63,898 bases of DNA, filler included, from Intoshia linei (GCA_001642005.1; 8 parts of 8 records of this genome joined end to end with filler, not necessarily neighbours in it); one strand, 5' to 3'. Numbered from the whole stretch's first letter, positions 1 through 12,681 are shown. Notes: generated from the sequence alone by a model not told the origin. Program-made: numbers and translations.

Positions 1-1239
1 TTCGTGCAAAATTACAGGCTCACAATTGTATAAAGTCAATAAAATTAGCATTATTATCGAATTTTTAATGCTATAAAATGTCGACTCTAATTATTACATT
101 TATTTGTCATTTTGGCGATAATAAAATAAAGTTAAAAATAAAATAAAAAAATAATAGATATTAAAAATATTCAAAAATTTATCGATAAATTATCGATTGC
201 CAACACTAGTAAAAACATAAAGCTACATGTATATTTGATAAGATTTAAATTTAAATATTCTACTTATTTTATCGATAAAGTAAAAAATATTTTATGTTTC
301 AATTTGAAAAGATACACACAAGTACAATGTAATTAATTTCATTTTTTTATGAAAATAATTTTTTATTCTTAATTTTAAAAATAAAAATAGTTTTTCCTGA
401 ACCCCTGAAATTAATTCTAGCAACCCGGTTAATAAACTCTGATATATAGACTATTTTATGAAATTAATTTTAGAATGGGGTCCTCAAATTTTTTCCTTGG
501 CGTGGGTTTATGTTATTCAGATCTTTTTGATAAACGCTGTTAAAACTGTTTTATAATATAACACTTTAATAAAAAAATGAAAAGCCCTTTCTCGTAAATT
601 AAGCGGTGATATTTAAAAAAATGTACTATTATCAAAAATGTATTTGAATTTGATATAAGGTGAAAATAGTAAGTCCTTATTATTTAAGGCTTAAATGATA
701 ATGAATGCTATAAAAGCACAAATTAATTATAGACATACATTGCAATGAAGCTATGAACAGTTAAAATCAATAGTCCAATGATGATGAACTGGCATCTTTT
801 TGAGAATTAATTTTTGAATAATTACATTTTGGTTTATGATAAATGTTTTTTTCGAGTAGTCTCATGTTTTTAAAAATTTAACATTAACGGATGGTACTTC
901 TTTTTTATAATTTTGATTTTTAAAATTTTTAGAGTCTGGGCTTGATAGTTTAAAATAAGGTACCAGATACCCTCCGTAGAGTAGGTTCGGCTTACTGTTG
1001 TAAAATATATTTTTTCATTTAATTTTTAAAGATTTTGCAGATAATTTTGTGACTGAAATTTAATGATGTTTTTAAGGGCAGTTTTTTTCACCCAATTTTT
1101 AAACATTTTGAAGATTATTTTGGAATCGAAAATTGGTAGTGGTTTTAAGGGAGTATTTTTAAATATTTCGAAGAGTTTAAAAATTAAGATCTTTTAAAGA
1201 TCTTTAAAAATTGGGTTAAAAATTTTAAATTAAATTAAA

Positions 1240-4200
1240 ATGTCCACTTACGAGATTGTGATTAAAACTATCCTAAGTTGGCTTCGTGTCGTCTTACAGA
1301 ACTGGTAAATATGTGTGTGTGTGCAGTGCAGATAAATGTATTTAATATAATTCATTAATGTTTTAAACCTTTGTATATTTCGTTTAAATCTTGGATTAAT
1401 ACATAGTAATAGATTAGAGATCTGGTTAAATCCGATTTTAATTAAGAAGATTAATAAATTCTTTTGTTGTGTTTGAATAAGTAGTTATTTGTATTTCTAT
1501 TGAAATTTTAATATTTCGGTGCTAATCAGGAATGAATTTGGTCACATTTTAACCGTTAATTATCATAATTTTGAAATATTTTTATTATTTTGTTAACGTT
1601 GAAACGATTTCCTCTCGGGTTAAAAATTCGTTTCTAGATATTAAATTTGACACGAAGAAGTATAATTGAATATGCTTTATGATTTGTATACTTTTTAGTG
1701 TGTAAATTTCCATATTTTATTTTACTAACTAAATATTATGTACCTTTTATATCTTCATAATTTTGACAAATGGCTTATTAATTTTTATTGTTTTGAGTTA
1801 AAGAATTATAAACAATGCATAATGTGAGTGTATATTTATATGTAACCTTTATTCATTTGCTCTATTTGGCATTAATATATTATTTTCTTTCCATTTATGT
1901 TTTTAAATTAACTATATTTTCGTCTTTTTTTGTTTTCATGTTTTTAAAAAACTGTTCGGTTACGCAAGTTAGAAAAAACTTGTTAAATTTATTGTTGGAT
2001 TCAGATAATGTATATTTTTAATTGAAAAACAATAATATAATATGCAATTTAGATTACTAGTGAAAATGATTTGAATCATCACTTGAAAACATTTGATGAT
2101 AATTTTTTTGTTTTTGAAATAATCAAACAAGATGCGAGTTTATTGGAAAATATTTTTTTGAATATAAACGAAACCACACAAAAAGGTTTGATTAAAGAAT
2201 TTAAACAAAAATTTGTTGAAAAAATTAATCATATATCTATTGGCGTTCAAACGCAAAATATTGCGAAAACGTGCAATACGCCAATATCGGTTGAATCTTC
2301 TGAAACACCAGAATCTTTTAATACTAAAACAGCTGCAAGTACAACTACTACGTCTTCGCATTCTATTAAATCATGTTTTCAAAGTGGTCATGAAAAAAAC
2401 GTAGAAAAGGTTGAAAATGATTCTTACGAATCTGGATGCAAATCTGATGACTCATCAGTTCAAAAAAATTCTGTAGGTGAAGGTTCTTCCATACCCAGTA
2501 TTAATAAATTGGAGTTAAAGTCAAATGATATAGATTCTCCACATAATTCTTCCATAGTATGCTCTCGTTCAAATAATGAAATAAAATATAGTAATTCTCA
2601 AAAATCTGAAATTTCTGAAATTTTAGAAAATATTAAAAAAAAAAAAAGTTTGAACAATTCAAATACTATTTCAGAATGTTCTAGTATTCTTCATAATAAA
2701 ATTCTTCAATCATCACTAGAATCTATTATTCGAAAATCAACATCAAAATCTACTCTAGGAAAATTTGATGATGGAAATATTGATCAACAAAGTAATTTAA
2801 CATTTGTGATTTAATTTAATGATTATAATTAATGTTAATATTAATATAATTCAACTCATGTAAATAAAAAAATAAGAACAAATTTATTTTTAGTCTTTAT
2901 GTAGTTGAAGTATATATCTTTATTTCTCACATCGAAGGATTTTAAATTGTTACGTTGAACAGTTACTTTTTTAATGTGCAATAATCAAATTAAAGTATCC
3001 ACTATAAAGAAATAATTACTGTATAATTATAATTATTAATTGTTATTAATTCTTTCCTTTAACATTTACAATTTATCGATAAAAATAAAAAAATATCACT
3101 ATTTTTACTTAATTGTTTACATTTTTTTTTCATGTGTCTATGAAAGTAGTTTTTATAGAATATTTTTAATAGATACTGTACAATCTAATTTAGATCTGCT
3201 TTACCTAGTAACATGATTGAGCCAGATTCGCTACTGGTCCGTATAAACATTTCTTATTGTTAAGAAATAATACATATATTTTTTTATTTTGACCACATTT
3301 CACCTTTCTTAGGTTACTTTCACCTTCTACTGTGTTCTTTTCTTGTGCATTAGTACATTGTAGTCATTAGTAATTACTAACTCGTTAATTTTATCATAAT
3401 CTAATAACAGAATTTTAATATATTAGTACTATATAAATATAAATTAACCGGGTGAATAACGGAGATTTTACTGTATATCAATATGGCATTCGAGATACAT
3501 ACTTTCATGTTTTTTTAAAATTTGGAAATTTTTAAAAACAAAAATTGAATAAAATCAGACGCCCACGGTTAAGAACCTATAGATTATCGTTGTATTAATA
3601 TATGAAATGAGGAATACAAAATATTAATCCTTTACTTATATAAAAATCAATGTCTCTGTGTCACCATTTATTGAAAAAATTGACAGTCGCAGGATTTAAA
3701 AAAATCGAATTTCTAATACAGTTTTTCCCAGGTCGTGTTTTAATCTATTTTTCAGTTTCAGAATTTGAGTCCTTCAGGGTTAAAAACCAAATTTTCCTTT
3801 TTCTTTAAAAAAAATCAATCCAAAAATTTAATAAAACATACATTCTGAAAGGCGTTTTAAAAACATTAACATTGTCGTTAATTTCAGCCTTAAAAACGCA
3901 TAGCTTCATGATCAAAACCACAAATTACCTTTTTTTTTAAAAATGAAACTCGTTCTAATTTTTTTATCAAAACCCAGATTACCATTTTTTTAAAATGAAA
4001 ACAGCCCTAGAATTTAAATCCTAACTTATATAATATGCTACGCGATTTTTGTTTGTGTGTCTGTCTGTGTGTACCACTTTATTGAAATAACTAACGGTCT
4101 TAGAATTTTATAAAGTCCACATTTCAATTACAGTTTTTTCCGGGACGTATAATAAGATAAATTTTAACCTCCCAATTTTACATCTTACGGGTCAAAAACT

Positions 4201-7200
4201 TCAGTTGTCCTTCTTTTTGAAAATCAAACGAGTTGGACAATTTAAAAAATATATACGCTGATGCCGATTTTAAAATCATAAGCATTATCATAAATTTAAA
4301 TTTAAAAAAATTATATCTTAAGAGCCAAAACCCCAAATTACCCTTCTTTTTTTAATGAAAACAGCCCTAGAATTAAATAAAAATTGAAAATGTAAATATT
4401 CATCTTACATTTTCAAAAAAAATGTGCAGTGAACGTCTACACATTTCCAATAAAGAAATATGGGTAAAAAATCTATATAATTCAATTCTTTGGAATTTTT
4501 TTCATTGCTATGCAATTTTTAAATTTCAAATTCTCATTTCCAAAACATTTTGAATAGAACTTAAATAGAAACTAAACAAAGAAATTAAAACAACTTTGTT
4601 AATATCATTTTTATATTTATTACAATCCTTTGCAAATTTGGTAAAATTCGACTGAAATATGTTTATAATGTGAAGATTCGGTTAATTATTGATACATAAT
4701 TGGTATTTTTAAGTATATATTAAATTGGCACTGAATATATATCATCACATTGAAAATGACAAAATAGGTTTTTATAATTTTATTTTTTTGCAATTTATGC
4801 TATTTATGAAAATTTTTGGATTGGACCGTTTTTACTTTATTTTTAAATGTTAACAAACAAAAAATTAAGATGGAATAATTCGCTTTAAAGTAAAAAGTAA
4901 TGTGATATGATGATTCCACGGTGGAACTTCCACCTGACACAAATTTGAGAACCACTCCTTTAAAGGATTGATAATAATGAATAGGATTTTTAAATTAGAT
5001 TTTCAACGCGAATTTATTTTTTAAGTATGATAAAAATGTGCCCTCGGTAGAGCTAGGCCCTGTTTGTACGTAGTCGTACGTAGTACGTATTTAGTATTAT
5101 ACGTAGTAGTATTTTGTACGTAGTACATAATAGTCAATCTAGTTTAAATATAAAGAATATATTATAGGTTTACAAAAAAATGTGCTTGCAAAGTTCGGTA
5201 AAAATAAATTTATTTCCAAACGTCGGAAAAGTTTAAAGCTTTCAAGCTTAATAAATTTAAAATATAAATAACTGATACCAAATATTATATCGCCGTTTCC
5301 CAAATGGATCCTTATTGGCACCTTTTGGAAATTTTTAAATATTGGTTTTTATTACATTAGAAAATTTTCATTCAAGTGTTGAATTTCCCAGTTTTATCTT
5401 GGAATTAAAAAATATACCATATAAGGCGATGGTTCCCGATTGGGCTCCCTGGATCGTCTGGTATTCCAAAACTATGTTCCTTGGGGTCCGTTAGATTAAA
5501 CTAATTTAAACTTAAGTAATATAAAAAAAATCTATCAACAGTAATAGTAATGAAAAAAATAATGCTTTTAAAATATTAAAATATAAGAGTGAAGATAGTT
5601 TTGACAGGTAACAGACAAAAATTTTAAATCTTAGAAATTTAAGCCTTAGTGTTAAAAAAGCAGTTTACTAGTTACTGTTTATATGTTTAAAATAAAAAAT
5701 ATTTGTAAAGTCTTAAAATTTAAAAAACGTAAAATATGGTAAGTCTTTATATATATACTTTTTACAGATAAAACACAAAATATATCAAAATCTAAAAAAA
5801 ACGTGTATCATTCTGATGCTTTTGATTCTGATTCAGAAAGTTCACCAATTTTCAAGTCAAAATCAAGAGACTCTTTTAAAATGGACAGTCCTTTTTCTGG
5901 AAATGTATATATAAACTATTATTTTAATAATTAAAACTTCTTATATAGATGTCTGTGCCTCAACGAAAACCATCCAAAATTCAACGTCGTAAAAGTGCCA
6001 AAACAAGAAAAGCAAAATCGTTTTCAAAGTCTCCAACATTGCAGAAATCAGAATCGTTTCGCGATATTTTAAATGTTGACACTAATATGAAAAACTCATT
6101 TTCCAATATCAAACCCTCTGACAAAATTTCTATTAAACTGAGTTCATCTAATGAATCTGATTTTAACAAAAGTCAAAAAAATGAAAATATATTTTTAAAT
6201 TCTTTGTCTGAAATTATTCAAAATTTTATATTTCGATTTTCGGATTTATTAAATAATTATGGTACAAAAAAGTAAATACATTTAAATATAATTGTAGGTT
6301 ACAATACATTTTCAATTCTGCTCGACGAAGTAGAAAACAACATTAAATCAAGAATATCGTATTCTTTAATTTACAAAACACTGAATGATTGTAATTTTAG
6401 TGGTTATATTGATAATTATCAAATTAGTATTTCATATTATATTCGACAACATGACTAACATGCTATCTCAAGTAATTTTAGCAATGTAATTGTTTTTGAA
6501 TATTTTAAATTTAGGAAAGTGTTTCTGAATTGTGGAATTTAACACGTAATGAATCTTTGATTTTACCACCAAAAAAATGTGATGAAACCTCTGTTTCAGT
6601 TGATAACTTGTATTTATTATTCACATTTATTTGTTTATTAATATTAACTTTATAAAGTGTTAGTCAATCACATGCAGTACAAACAGCACCAATAGTGTAT
6701 GACGATTTTGTGAAAGAATTTAATGAAAAGAAGAACGTTTTATTTGAAAGTCCCAAAAAACAAGGGCCACAAAACAGTAAAATTTTAGATTACAAAATAA
6801 AAAATCGTGAAATTGATCAATTGAATAATCTTTTTATTTATTTTTCCAAAATGAATCAAAATAGAAATCGTAGAATGTTGGATAATGCGTTATGTAGAAG
6901 AAAAATCAAACAAGATTTGCATACTGTAAAATTTTAAACAATTTTATTGATATCAAATGCATCAATTTAGAAGTTATCAAAAGAAATGGCTCAGTATCGA
7001 CAGATTTCACGTTCTCAGTTGCATCTTTTGATTGTCAAGTATTCATTAGTAAAAAATATGGAATTTATTAAAAGTACATCATTATTATGTTAATTTATTA
7101 AAATTTAAAAATTAGCTAAAATGACAGATGAAAAAGTTTTTGATAAATTGTATAAATATGAAGGAAAGGTTAATTATATAATTATAAAAATTGTTTAAAT

Positions 7201-7588
7201 TTTTTTTATAGAAAATAAAATCCTTTAAACTGATACAAAATAGATTACATGAGGCGAGAAATATTTTAGCTGAAAAATTATCATTTGCATTTTCAAATTT
7301 ACAACAAGAAAGTGGTTTATTTCTCATCAAACCCATTTATTCTTATTCTAAAATGTATATTTTCTTTTTATTGTCAGAATCGATAATTTTTATTGATTAT
7401 ACAAACATAGTTATATATTTTCATTACAATATAAAACTTGGTTATTAATATTGGAATTAGTCAAAGATTTAAGTTGTAATTTTGTCAATCATGTTTACAA
7501 TTAATTTAATTGGAATTAAATTTTTATAATTGTAGATTCTTGTCGCAATTTACAACAATTTAGTTATAGTACACATTCATTAGACTAG
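1240..7588 (+). CDS. Uncharacterised multi-exon gene (possibly two adjacent genes): Ser-rich low-complexity middle, helical/coiled-coil C-terminus, possible Hook/NuMA-like N-terminus
   Basis: ATG 1240 (MSTYEIVIKTILSWLRVVLQN) with GT donor at 1305; exon from 2053 covers ORF 2071-2814; a chain of AG..GT-bounded open exons separated by ~40-60 nt introns from about 5770 to 7588 (includes ORFs 5949 and 6695); final exon SCRNLQQFSYSTHSLD* with TAG 7586-7588. Several junctions are uncertain. Confidence 0.55.
3628..5142 (+). mobile_element. Non-autonomous Helitron, composite (two 5' ends, one 3' end)
   Basis: 5' ends A|TCCTTTACTTATATAAAA (3628) and A|TCCTAACTTATATAA (4019) followed by GTCT/GT microsatellite; 3' hairpin TGTAC-GTA-GTACA then CTAG|T at 5139-5143. 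TC...CTAG between A and T with no TSD is the Helitron signature. Confidence 0.75.
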
Positions 7589-7994
7589 AAAATTAAGTTT
7601 TAAACAAATTTATACTTTATTTCTTAATTGGTTGTGTATAATAATTAGGCATGAATTTATTTAAAAGTCAATAGCATAATATATAATTTATTAACTAAAT
7701 CGTATGTTAGTTTAATTGTACGTAAATAATTTTTCTTTGGAATAAAACATTTAAGTTACTGAAATAATTGGACCCTACGGTATATAACTCTGAACAACAC
7801 TGAAAAAAATAAGATAATATGAATTATAATTTTTACATTCCTGAAAAAATTTTAAAAATATATCTCGTAGTTAAAGGATTAATTAATATTTAAATATTAA
7901 TATTAATAACTGTCATTTCTGTAGTTACATACAACTAAACTAATATATAAACTTGATTCACTTTTAAATGAATGACCAATGGTAAAAAATAAAC

Positions 7995-8250
7995 ATATAT
8001 CATCACATTGAAAGTGACAAAATAGGTTTTTATAATTTTATTTTTTCTGGAATTTATGCTATTTATGAAAAATTTTTAATGAGTGTTTTTACTTTATTGT
8101 TAAGATTATACAACTCATTCTGTCTAATAAATTATTTCTTTAATTTTATTTTTTCTGGAATTTATGCTATTTATGACAATTTTTAGGATTGGACGTTTTT
8201 ACTTTACTTTTAATATTATACACACATTTTATCCAATAATTGTTTTGTTT
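7995..8250 (+). repeat. Helitron internal fragment (copy of about 4735-4850) with local duplication
   Basis: Shares ATATATCATCACATTGAAA(A/G)TGACAAAATAGGTTTTTATAATTTT...AATTTATGCTATTTATGA with 4735ff. Confidence 0.65.
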
Positions 8251-8279
8251 GTTAAAATGATTTGGAAAAAAAATATATA

Positions 8280-8735
8280 AATACTAAGATGCTTTTTTGA
8301 CCGTGAAGTCGTCACTTATTCGGATTGAAATTTTTTGTGTGTTAACAGGATACAACTGTACCACCTGTAAATTTGTTTAAATTATAGGGCTGTTTTTATT
8401 AAAAAAGAAGGGTAATTTGTGGTTTTGGCNTTTAAATTATAGGGCTGTTTTTATTAAAAAAGAAGGGTAATTTGTGGTTTTGGCCCTGAAGATATAATTT
8501 TTTTAAATTTAAATTCATGATAATGTTTATGATTTTAAAATCCGTATCAGCGTATATATTTTTTTAAATTCTCGAACTCGTTTGATTTTCAAAAAAAAGA
8601 CAATTGGGATATATATTTTTTTTAAATTCTTTAACTCGTTTGATTTTCAAAAAGAAGGACAATTGGGGTTTTTGACTCGTAAGATGTGAGTTTGGGATGT
8701 TGAAATTTATCTTATTATATGTTCCGGAAAAAACT
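8280..8735 (-). mobile_element. Helitron family copy (5'-truncated)
   Basis: Reverse complement matches 45350-45690 and 49640-49975. Confidence 0.75.
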
Positions 8736-9572
8736 TATTACACTAAATTACTTTATATCAATAAGGATTAACTACATAATGTTTTATAACGGTCACTTTA
8801 GAGATCAATTTTTTTAATTGAATATTAACAGTTTATTTTTTTTAATTCGCAATGAAACCATGATTGATTGAAAAATTGCTGTATCTTATTAAATCCTGTA
8901 TAATTAATATTCAATATTATTGGAGGTGTTAATTTGGTTAATTTTATTAACTATTGTAGACAATCTCTACTATATGAACCCATTGAAATAGATGACAAGA
9001 AAAAAAGAATAATGATAAATCCATACAAAAATCAAAAAAATAAAGAAATCACAGTGAGTGGTACTCAAGTTACTAGGAAAAATGGTTCCAATATATATAA
9101 AAGCAAAGTTTGGATTGTAATTTATTTTAATTCAAAATTTTAATATTACACTGAAAATGAACAGTAACTAATATTTGGTATTAATGATATCAGTACTGCC
9201 CTTACCCGTTTAGTTATCCCGATATAATGACCTGTTTTAAAATTTTATTAGTCAATTTAATTTTTGATGAGCTTAATTTTTTACATTTTCCAGAACCTAT
9301 TATATACGAATTGTGTAGAAATTTTAAATTTTATAACAATTTACTGGGATTGATCTAATGCAGTGGTACTCAAGGTGAGAATATCAGCTTAATTTAGCTT
9401 ATTCCCTTTTAGATGTAACTTAACTCATACCTATAAACGTTAGCATATTTGTTCATTGCACAACTCTTCTAAAATGATAATTAATATATAACTGAGACTA
9501 AAATAATGTTGTACAGTATACATTAATTTAAATTGTAAAAATACATTATTTTTCATATATAATTATAATTAG

Positions 9573-9716
9573 CATGGTTTTCAAACTTGGTAATGCGATA
9601 TAACAGTTCAGAAGACTGAATGTTTTTATTTGATAAATAAAAAACAAACAAAAAAATTTCAAAATTTTTATTTATCCATCAAAATAATAAAATTCTTCCC
9701 CATTTGAGAACCACTG
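9573..9716. mobile_element. hAT-type MITE
   Basis: Imperfect TIRs CATGGTTTTCAAA ... TTTGAGAACCACTG; related CAGTG(G/A)TTCT termini also at about 48277 and 61450. Confidence 0.5.
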
Positions 9717-9959
9717 ATCTAATGTGTATTTTATGAAATATAATTTTTATTATTTAGCCAGACGAAGCTACAAATCAAGCTTATAATTCCGTTTGTAAAA
9801 ATATGCCTACACTTTTGGATATTGATGTCAGCAGGATAGTCTATAGACATAATTTACCATTGTAATATTTTATCTTTGAAATTGTAGGATTCTTAGTTTG
9901 TTAGCACCCAAACATTGATTTTTAAACAAGGATATTCGGTGGCCTTTTTGATTTTAAGT

Positions 9960-10172
9960 ATTTTTGAAAATCAAACGAGTTAGAAAATTTAAAAATATAT
10001 ATACTCTGATACGGATTTTAAAATCATAAATTTAAATTTATAAAAAATATATCTTCAGGGCCAAAACCCCAAATTATTCTTCTTTTTTTAATGAAAACAG
10101 ACCTAGAATTTAAAGAATTTACAGGTGGTACAGTTGTATCCTGTTAACACACAAAAAATTTCAATCCGAATA
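9960..10172 (+). mobile_element. Helitron family internal fragment at contig end
   Basis: TTTTTGAAAATCAAACGAGTT...ACAGGTGGTACAGTTGTATCCTGTTAACACAC shared with other copies. Confidence 0.7.
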
Positions 10173-10272
10173 NNNNNNNNNNNNNNNNNNNNNNNNNNNN
10201 NNNNNNNNNNNNNNNNTTAATTAATTAANNNNNNNNNNNNNNNNNNNNNNNNNNNNNNNNNNNNNNNNNNNN
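10173..10272. other. Assembly gap with artificial six-frame-stop spacer (also 34594-34693, 41920-42019, 53166-53265, 55540-55639, 57864-57963, 62163-62262)
   Basis: Identical 100-nt N44-TTAATTAATTAA-N44 blocks. Confidence 0.98.
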
Positions 10273-12138
10273 CAACGATTTTTAGGAGTCATGAACTATC
10301 ACAGAGACTGCATAAAAAACTTCTCCCAAATTTACAACTCCTATCACAACACTATTAAAAAAACGAACACCCTTTCATTGGAGTCAGGAATGCCAACAAT
10401 CGTACGAAAAACTAAAAATATTGCTCTCATCAGCACCAATACTGAAACGACCAGATCCAAATAAAGAATTTAGTATAGAATGCAACGCATCAAATCATGC
10501 AATCGGTGCAGCCTTAATGCAAAATAATCATCCAATACAATTTGCCAGCAAACAACTCAGCGATGCTCAAACTCGTCACAGTACAACTGACAATGAATTT
10601 TTAGCAATAACCTGGGCATCACAACACTTCAAACACTATCTACTTGGTAAACTTTACACAGTGTACACGGATCATAAACCCCTTATCTATATAATGAATT
10701 ACAAAAAATATCACAAAGAGACATTTCAAATATACTCAAATCCTCCAAGACTATGATATCACAATTAAATATAAACCTGGCAAGGACAATATAACCGCCG
10801 ACATGTTGTCTAGGATTGCTCAAATAAACCATATCTACTCATCTAATGATATATTTAATCTTAAACAAGCACAAAACGACGACAAAGACTGCAAAGAAAT
10901 TTATAAAAAAATAAACAAACTAGATATAATCACTCTAGGAAACACATTATTGCCATACATCAAACAATTAATAAATAAAGATGACATAATATATTATAAA
11001 AAACCTAATACATTACGAACCATAGTACCCCAAAGCAAAACTACAGAAATAATAAAATTCTTTCACAATGAGAAAATTTACAACCACCCAAATATATACA
11101 AAACTCTAGAAAATATTAAAAACCATTATTTTTGGCCAAAAATATCAAAACAAATTCATGATTGGATAAAAATTTGTGAACCTTGCAATATTGGAAAATC
11201 GGGACGTCGTAAACGAACTCAACCATTAAAAACGATCTACACTAAAAAATTCAATAATATGTGGCAAATCGACTTCCTCGGCCCTATAGAAAAAACCAAA
11301 AATGGCAACAGGTACATCATATCAATGATTGAACATCACACCGGATGACCAGAAGCAATTACCACAGACTCAATAAAAGCAGAAATAGCTTCCAAAGCAA
11401 TCATTAATAATATTATTAGTAGGTAGCGTTCCCAAAACGATACATACTGATCATGGACGACAATTGAATCTAAATTAATAAAAAATCTTTCAGAAGCATG
11501 TGGGTTCAAACATACATTCTCATCAGCATATAATTACAATAGTACTGGTGCAATAGAAAGACTCAATAGAACTCTGAGAAACAAAATCAGAACTAACTGC
11601 AATGAAGACAAAGATGATTGGGACGAATTTTTACCCCTATTTTTGTTATCAATCCAAAATTCTATTTCTCATAAAACAGGATATAGTCCATCTCAAATAT
11701 TATACAATAAATCACTAACCATGCCTATCCACAATGTACTAAACAAACAACAAATAAAAAATAAAAATATACACCATAAAAAAAACAAATATATTGCAAA
11801 TATGAAAAAAAATTATGATCACCTTGCCCTTAAAAAACAAAATGATCATGCTGCACAATTTATACCAAATCTCCCACACCTAACAAAAAATCAAACTACC
11901 TATAAACGTAAATAAAGCAAACAAATTAACAAACCCTCACATTTTTATCAGTATAATTTGTCTTAAATGGGGTCCATTAATGATTAAATTATAACAATAA
12001 ACTTACTACAACATATAATAAGCTTAGTAACGAATCAAGAGAATATCAATTATCAATCAACACACAATATCAATTATATTGTAACCAGTAATTAGTATTA
12101 AACTTTAAACAAAGATTTTGGTCTACGACCTCACTACA
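10273..12138 (+). mobile_element. Ty3/gypsy LTR retrotransposon, degenerate 3' part (RT end, RNase H, integrase, putative 3' LTR)
   Basis: RNase H motifs (IECNASNHAIGAAL, EFLAITWASQHFKHYLLGK, YTDHKPL); integrase HHCC (H..HP...YFWP...CEPC) and WQIDFLGP core; frameshifts and stops; non-coding tail ending in ACTACA at 12133-12138. Confidence 0.9.
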
Positions 12139-12681
12139 GATACATTAATATACAAGTATTTTCCTATGTTTTTGATTGGTTTCAATATTATGAAAAAAAT
12201 CTCCTTTGGTCTTTACTTGCTTTTATTATCTTCTGTTAAGTCTCAAATTACAAACAGTGTGCCATACAAATACGTCACTGCCACCAAAATATCTGTCGAA
12301 ATTTCTATTTTTATTTTTGTACACGTTTTTAGTTATTTTTTTTTCATTACTGAAAACATAAAAAATACAGTTGTGTATTTCACTTTTAACGGTATTGCAT
12401 ACTTTTCGTATGTTATTGTATATGAAAATCGCAAGAACAAAAAGTTTATTTCGATTGTAAATAAAAAATTTAAACCTTTTTATTTAATTATTGGTGTGGT
12501 TATTACTGATATTGTAGGATTAATTACATTATTTGTTGCTTACGATGATACTGATTATGTTATGAATTCCAGAACCAATATAATTGCATTTCTCAAAGCA
12601 TATGCAATCTTACAAACTTTACTAACAAAGTATGTACATATACAAACAACATATAACAACTATACAAACATAGTAAAATAA
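12139..12681 (+). pseudogene. 5'-truncated paralog of the 425-aa multi-TM protein (about 4 TM), interrupted by the gypsy LTR
   Basis: Aligns by eye to the C-terminal half of 14301-15578 (SSVKSQI/SSVTSQI, YVIVYE, KPFYLI, YVMNSR/YVMNTR, YAILQT); homology starts at the base after the LTR end. Confidence 0.75.

Noticed and set aside
926-980. TTTTAGAGTC...AGTTTAAAATAAGG superficially resembles a Cas9 repeat/tracrRNA scaffold, and AGATACCC resembles an SSU rRNA loop
   Set aside because: Short AT-rich coincidences; no cas, IscB or Fanzor ORF, no repeat-spacer array, and no other colinear rRNA motifs.
8376-8484. Exact ~54-bp direct duplication around a single n
   Set aside because: Typical unmerged contig overlap; assembly artefact.
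10173-10272. TTAATTAATTAA motif repeated seven times inside N runs
   Set aside because: Artificial contig spacer with stops in all six frames; not biological. Adjacency across these gaps is unverified.
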